A DNA stretch of 50,084 bases, taken from Myxococcales bacterium (lineage in GTDB: Bacteria; Myxococcota; Myxococcia; Myxococcales; 40CM-4-68-19). A program made the translations under genes and the position numbers. Under the pieces are notes generated by a model. It was not told where the DNA came from. It saw only the letters and a list, made by a program, of their open reading frames with translations, and did no database searches. Position 1 is the stretch's first letter. Each line of letters begins with the position of its first letter. Of the stretch, positions 46,429 to 50,084 are shown in pieces. Location: assembly GCA_045802855.1 (NCBI GenBank), contig JBJMQD010000389.1:1-50084 (forward strand), in the 5' to 3' direction.

Positions 46429-47520
46429 GTGATCGTCAGGACGAACCCGCGTACGTGCGAAGAGTGGTCGCTCGGCGACCTCGAGACGCTGCGGCTCGTC
46501 CTCCGCGGCGGATCGGTGATCGACTGGCGGCGCGTCCACTTCGCCACCAAGGAAGAGGTCGATCGCTACCTGCGCCTCTGCCTCTTCGAGCCGGAGGATC
46601 CGTTCGATCGCGCCCGGCTCCAGGACGTGCTCGACCAGGCGGTGCAGTACCTGCGGATGACGTTTCGGTACCGGGTCGCCGAAGAGGTCGCGCATCCCCG
46701 CCAGATCGAGGATCTGTTCCTCTGGGCGTCGGGAGTGAAGGAGCCGAAGCGGCTGCGGCGGATCGCCTGCATCGCTTTGAAGCTCATGCACGTCGTCCAT
46801 CACGTGCAGGCCCGCGCTCTTCTCCATCGTGCCCGGATCGCGGAGGACGAGCTCGCCCACCTCGCCACGGCGCGGGTCGATCAGGCCGTCGCCGAGCTTC
46901 GCCGCGAGGGGATGCCGATCGTCGCGGCCGCAGGGAGCGTGAAGACGAAGCACAGCATCCTCACCAAGCTCCTCGCCAAGAAGGAGAACCTCGCCGCCCA
47001 GGTGTACGATCGCGTCCGCTACCGGATCGTCGCCGCCAGTCGCGACGACGTGCTCCCGCTCCTGCTCCGCCTCTGCGACGTGCTCCTGCCGTTCGCTTTC
47101 GTGGTGCCGGGCCAGACGCAGAACACGCTCTTCGACTTCAAGAAGCTCGTGCAGGGGAGGGCGGAGCTGCGCAAGCTCTCGAGCGAGCTGCAGGCCGGCC
47201 TCGATCTCGAGGCGCAGGACCGCAGGTCGGGGCACGCTCCCCGCCGCAACGAGTTCAGCGGAGAAGGCTACCGGGCGCTCAACTTCGTCGTCGACCTGCC
47301 CGTCCGGCTGCCCGAGCGCGCGGTCGATCCCGGCGATCCCCTCGTGACCTTCTGCATGCTCGAATTGCAGCTCGTCGATCAGGAGACTGCTCTCGCCAAC
47401 GAGCGGGGGCGCAACTCCCACGCCCGGTACAAGAAGCGCCAGCTCCGCACGGTCCTCGCGCGCCTGTCCCGGGGACTCGTCGTTCCCAAGCGGACGCAAT
47501 CGCGGAAGGAGACTCCTTGA
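46429..47520 (+). CDS. TIGR04552-like protein with a RelA/SpoT-type nucleotidyltransferase domain
   Basis: LRL.LRGGSVIDW.R..F; SVKTKHSILTKLLAK, YDRVRYRIV, NEFSG..YR.LNFVVDLPVR, ELQL, SH.RYK. Confidence 0.75.
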   Translation: MIVRTNPRTCEEWSLGDLETLRLVLRGGSVIDWRRVHFATKEEVDRYLRLCLFEPEDPFDRARLQDVLDQAVQYLRMTFRYRVAEEVAHPRQIEDLFLWASGVKEPKRLRRIACIALKLMHVVHHVQARALLHRARIAEDELAHLATARVDQAVAELRREGMPIVAAAGSVKTKHSILTKLLAKKENLAAQVYDRVRYRIVAASRDDVLPLLLRLCDVLLPFAFVVPGQTQNTLFDFKKLVQGRAELRKLSSELQAGLDLEAQDRRSGHAPRRNEFSGEGYRALNFVVDLPVRLPERAVDPGDPLVTFCMLELQLVDQETALANERGRNSHARYKKRQLRTVLARLSRGLVVPKRTQSRKETP

Positions 47521-47545
47521 CGCGAAACAGGCCGGGCGCTACTTC
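47517..47545 (+). promoter_or_regulatory. Sigma70 promoter of tRNA-Cys
   Basis: TTGACG-N17-TACTTC followed by a GC-rich discriminator, 10 nt before the tRNA. Confidence 0.6.
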
Positions 47546-47555
47546 CGGGCGCCGC

Positions 47556-47627
47556 GGCACCGTAGCCAAGCGGTAAGGCAGGGGTCTGCAAAACCCCCAT
47601 TCGGCGGTTCGATTCCGCCCGGTGCCT
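47556..47627 (+). tRNA. tRNA-Cys(GCA)
   Basis: Acceptor stem GGCACCG/CGGTGCC, anticodon arm GGGGT-ctGCAaa-ACCCC, T loop GTTCGATTC; CCA not encoded. Confidence 0.96.
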
Positions 47628-47637
47628 TCCTTTTTCC

Positions 47638-48765
47638 ATGTTTCAATCCTGGTACGCGACCTGCCCCCGAGGCGCCGAAGGAGTGCTCGCCGCGGAGCTC
47701 GCCGGGATCGGCGCGAAAGGGATCCGGCCGGGGCGGGGCGGGGTTCGATTCACCGGCGAGCGCGACGTCGCCTTGCGCGGATGCCTCGCGCTCCGGACCG
47801 CGCTGCGGGTCCTGGAGCCGATCGGCGAGTTTCCTGCCGAATCATCCGACGATCTGTATGCCGGAGCCCGTTCGCTGCCCTGGGAAGATCTGATCGGAAC
47901 CGGCGATAGCATCGCCGTGTCGGCGACGGGCCGCGCCTCGGGACTCTCCCATACCCGGTTCGTCGAGCAGCGCACGAAGGACGCCATCGTCGACCGCCTG
48001 CGAGAGGTGCGTGGCGAACGGCCCGCGGTCGATCCGCGCGCACCCGACGTCCTCGCCGTCGTCCATCTCGCTGAAGGGCGCTGCAGCGTCTCGCTCGACC
48101 TTGCCGGAGACCTGCTTTCGAATCGAGGCTATCGCGTCCGCAGCGTCGAGGCCCCCCTTCGCGAGGCGCTCGCCGCGGCGGCCGTGCTCCTGAGTGGCTG
48201 GGACGCGACGACGCCGCTCCACGATCCGCTCTGCGGCTCCGGGACGATCGCCATCGAGGCCGCGCTCGTCGCGCTCGGCCGCGCGCCGAATCTGCGCCGC
48301 GAACTGGCGTGCGAACGCTGGGCGCGGACGAAGCAGAGCGATCGCGCGACGCTCGGACGGCTGCGGGAGGAGCTTGCGGCGACTGAGCGTCGAGCTGGCA
48401 TTCCCGCGATTGTCGCCTCGGATCGCGACCCGGAAGCGGTCGCCGCGGCCTCGGCGAACGCGCGCGCCGCGGGGGTCGCGGTGCGCGCGTTCGAGAGCGA
48501 TGCCCGCTCCATCGCCCCGCTCGACCCACCAGGCTGCATCGTCGCGAACGTCCCCTACGGCGAGCGACTCGCCGCGGGGTCCCGCAAGCAGCTGAAGAGC
48601 TTCTACCACTCGCTCGGAGACGCACTTGGCGCCCTGCGAGGACATCGGCTCGCGCTCCTCAGCGCGAGCGAGGATTTCGAGAGCGCTTTCGGCCTGCGGC
48701 CCAGGTCGCGCGCCGTCCTCTGGAACGGCCCGCTGCGCTCTACGCTCTTCGGTTACCTGCGGTGA
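47638..48765 (+). CDS. THUMP-domain class I SAM-dependent RNA methyltransferase (RlmL-like)
   Basis: ATCPRG.E..LA.EL, KDAIVD, L..RGYR....APLRE.LAAA, DPLCGSGTI.IEAA, NVPYGERL. Confidence 0.88.
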   Translation: MFQSWYATCPRGAEGVLAAELAGIGAKGIRPGRGGVRFTGERDVALRGCLALRTALRVLEPIGEFPAESSDDLYAGARSLPWEDLIGTGDSIAVSATGRASGLSHTRFVEQRTKDAIVDRLREVRGERPAVDPRAPDVLAVVHLAEGRCSVSLDLAGDLLSNRGYRVRSVEAPLREALAAAAVLLSGWDATTPLHDPLCGSGTIAIEAALVALGRAPNLRRELACERWARTKQSDRATLGRLREELAATERRAGIPAIVASDRDPEAVAAASANARAAGVAVRAFESDARSIAPLDPPGCIVANVPYGERLAAGSRKQLKSFYHSLGDALGALRGHRLALLSASEDFESAFGLRPRSRAVLWNGPLRSTLFGYLR

Positions 48766-48926
48766 TCGATCGCCCCTCGCCGGCGGTCCTGCTCCTTGAA
48801 GTCGTATTCGTCGCGGTAGTTCTCCACGTCCGGATCCGCCTCCGCCGGCCTTCGCTGCGGAGGTCTCGTCGCACGCACACGCCTCTCGCCGTTCCGCCCG
48901 CCGTGCTCGCTCGTCGCTTCGGCCAT
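48753..48926 (-). CDS. Small charged hypothetical protein (57 aa, absent from the ORF track)
   Basis: GAGGAGG RBS 6 nt before the ATG; MAEATSEH...DPDVENYRDEYDFKEQDRRRGAIDHRR*. Confidence 0.55.
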   Translation of the reverse strand: MAEATSEHGGRNGERRVRATRPPQRRPAEADPDVENYRDEYDFKEQDRRRGAIDHRR

Positions 48927-49046
48927 CGTGCGCCTCCTCTGTCGGAAAGGTGACGACGGTCCGTAGATTGTTCAATCCTGGGCGCTCGGGCGCCCGCCCG
49001 CGGGGCATGCGGGCCTGGGAGGGCTCTCGGGCCTGACGAAGCGCAA

Positions 49047-49075
49047 CGGGCGTCGGACTCGAAGTCCGGCGCCCG
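49047..49075 (-). terminator. GC-rich hairpin downstream of tRNA-Leu
   Basis: CGGGCG.CGGACT-3 nt-AGTCCG.CGCCCG 13-bp stem with one mismatch; weak U tract. Confidence 0.4.
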
Positions 49076-49098
49076 GATCGGAAACCAAAAGGAAGGAG

Positions 49099-49180
49099 TG
49101 CCCAGGGCGAGATTCGAACTCGCACGCCTTACGGCGCCGCCCCCTCAAGACGGTGTGTCTACCAGTTCCACCACCTGGGC
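49099..49180 (-). tRNA. tRNA-Leu(GAG)
   Basis: Reverse complement GCCCAGGTGGTGGAACTGGTAGACAC...ttGAGgg...long variable arm...GTTCGAATC..CCTGGGCA; classic position after secG. Confidence 0.96.
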
Positions 49181-49230
49181 GATGGTCGGGAGCGGGCTTC
49201 TAGCACCGCGCCTGCGACTGGGCAAGCCGC

Positions 49231-49725
49231 TCACCGCTTCTGCGGAGACTGCGAAGGAACGGTGGACGGCGTCGCGTCCTGCTTGGCAGGCGCCGATTGG
49301 TTCGCGCCTGGTTTGGCGGTCGGCGCCGCGGGACCGCCAGCCTGGTTCCCCGGAACCGGTACCGCTGCTCCTCCCGTCGCGGGTGCGGGAGCCGTCTGGC
49401 CAGTGGGGAGTGCCGGCGTGTCCGAGCCGCCAGTGGTCTTCTTCTTCGCCGCATCCTCGGCGGCGATGTTCCGGTTTGCCCGCATCACCGAGTCGCTATG
49501 CGAAGAGCGATAGGCGAGCGTCAGCGAGGTGATCATGAAAATCGCCGCGCACACCTCGGTGACCTTGGCGAGGAACGTCACTGAACCGCGCCCGCCGAAG
49601 ACGGAGGTGCTGCTTCCGCCGCCGAGCGCGGACATGGCGTCGCCTTTACCGGGCTGCAGCAGGATGACGAACATCAGGAAGACGCTGACGATGACGTGCA
49701 GCGCGATGATGAACCAGGGACCCAT
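49231..49725 (-). CDS. secG: Preprotein translocase subunit SecG with a long Pro/Ala-rich tail
   Basis: HVIVSVFL..VILLQ.GKG......GGG.S..VFG.RG...FL.KVT; followed by tRNA-Leu. Confidence 0.93.
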   Translation of the reverse strand: MGPWFIIALHVIVSVFLMFVILLQPGKGDAMSALGGGSSTSVFGGRGSVTFLAKVTEVCAAIFMITSLTLAYRSSHSDSVMRANRNIAAEDAAKKKTTGGSDTPALPTGQTAPAPATGGAAVPVPGNQAGGPAAPTAKPGANQSAPAKQDATPSTVPSQSPQKR

Positions 49726-49825
49726 GGGGCGGCGAACGCTACACGCGAGCGGGCCGGCGCGCAACTGCGGCCGGCCCGCCCCGAGGCTCTTCGTAAGCGG
49801 CCCCCCGACTGCTCCCGAAGACGGT

Positions 49826-50083
49826 CTATAGAGACTTCAAGTATTCGACGAGGTCGGTCGTCTGACTGTTCGGACCGGTTGTCAGGCCGAGCCCTAGGTC
49901 GGTGTTGTAGTGGGCGACCACGTCGGTGAGCGTCGCGTAACGACCGTCATGATAGTAGCGGCCCTTCGCGGCCGGATTGGTCACGAAGGTCTCGCTCTTC
50001 GTGAAGACTCCGCGGAGCGGCGTGGTCCGGTAAGCCGAGATGGCAGTTCCCGCGGGACCCGAGATCGACGCCGGCGTCCGGTC
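49826..50083 (-). CDS. C-terminal fragment of a cytochrome c peroxidase/MauG-like protein (5' end outside the window)
   Basis: Hand translation YRTTPLRG...YYHDGRYATLTDVVAHYN...DLVEYLKSL*. Confidence 0.6.
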   Translation of the reverse strand, partial: DRTPASISGPAGTAISAYRTTPLRGVFTKSETFVTNPAAKGRYYHDGRYATLTDVVAHYNTDLGLGLTTGPNSQTTDLVEYLKSL

Positions 50084-50084
50084 C

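Noticed and set aside
48762-48953. 63-aa plus-strand ORF after the methyltransferase
   Set aside because: No clear RBS and it is antisense to the better-supported 57-aa minus-strand ORF.
48950-48976. ECF-type promoter (TGAAC...CGTC) for the 57-aa ORF
   Set aside because: The 14-nt spacing is shorter than usual for ECF promoters; too weak to call.
47556-49180. Genomic island integrated at tRNA-Cys or tRNA-Leu
   Set aside because: No integrase, no duplicated tRNA 3' end and no evident compositional shift.

Overview
High-GC, gene-dense chromosomal window, most likely from a Myxococcota (Myxococcales/Anaeromyxobacter-like) bacterium, judged from the cglC/glt homologues, the TIGR02266 PilZ and TIGR04552 genes and the gene order. 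It is mostly core genome: yceD-rpmF-(degenerate plsX)-fabH-fabD-[Cys-rich lipoprotein where fabG usually lies]-acpP-fabF-glyA-nrdR-ribD-ribE-ribBA-ribH-nusB, then asnS, an M1 peptidase, leuS-lptE, rpsT, mazG, a TPR gene and a DUF4388 gene, phoH, a thioredoxin-TPR gene, a 7TM-HD hydrolase, an MFS transporter and slyD. Next comes a contiguous eight-gene Glt/Nfs-like envelope machinery with a divergent cglC, then a RelA/SpoT-like TIGR04552 gene, tRNA-Cys, a THUMP methyltransferase, tRNA-Leu and secG. No CRISPR array, integrase or transposase was seen. The most unusual signal is a ~54-bp, two-hairpin dispersed repeat with 7 copies at 5 sites. It is stop-free in all six frames and lies inside the N-terminal coding regions of three exported proteins, in three different frames/orientations. 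An inverted pair of it also brackets the gene at the fabG position. All family assignments come from motif recognition by eye; no database search was run.
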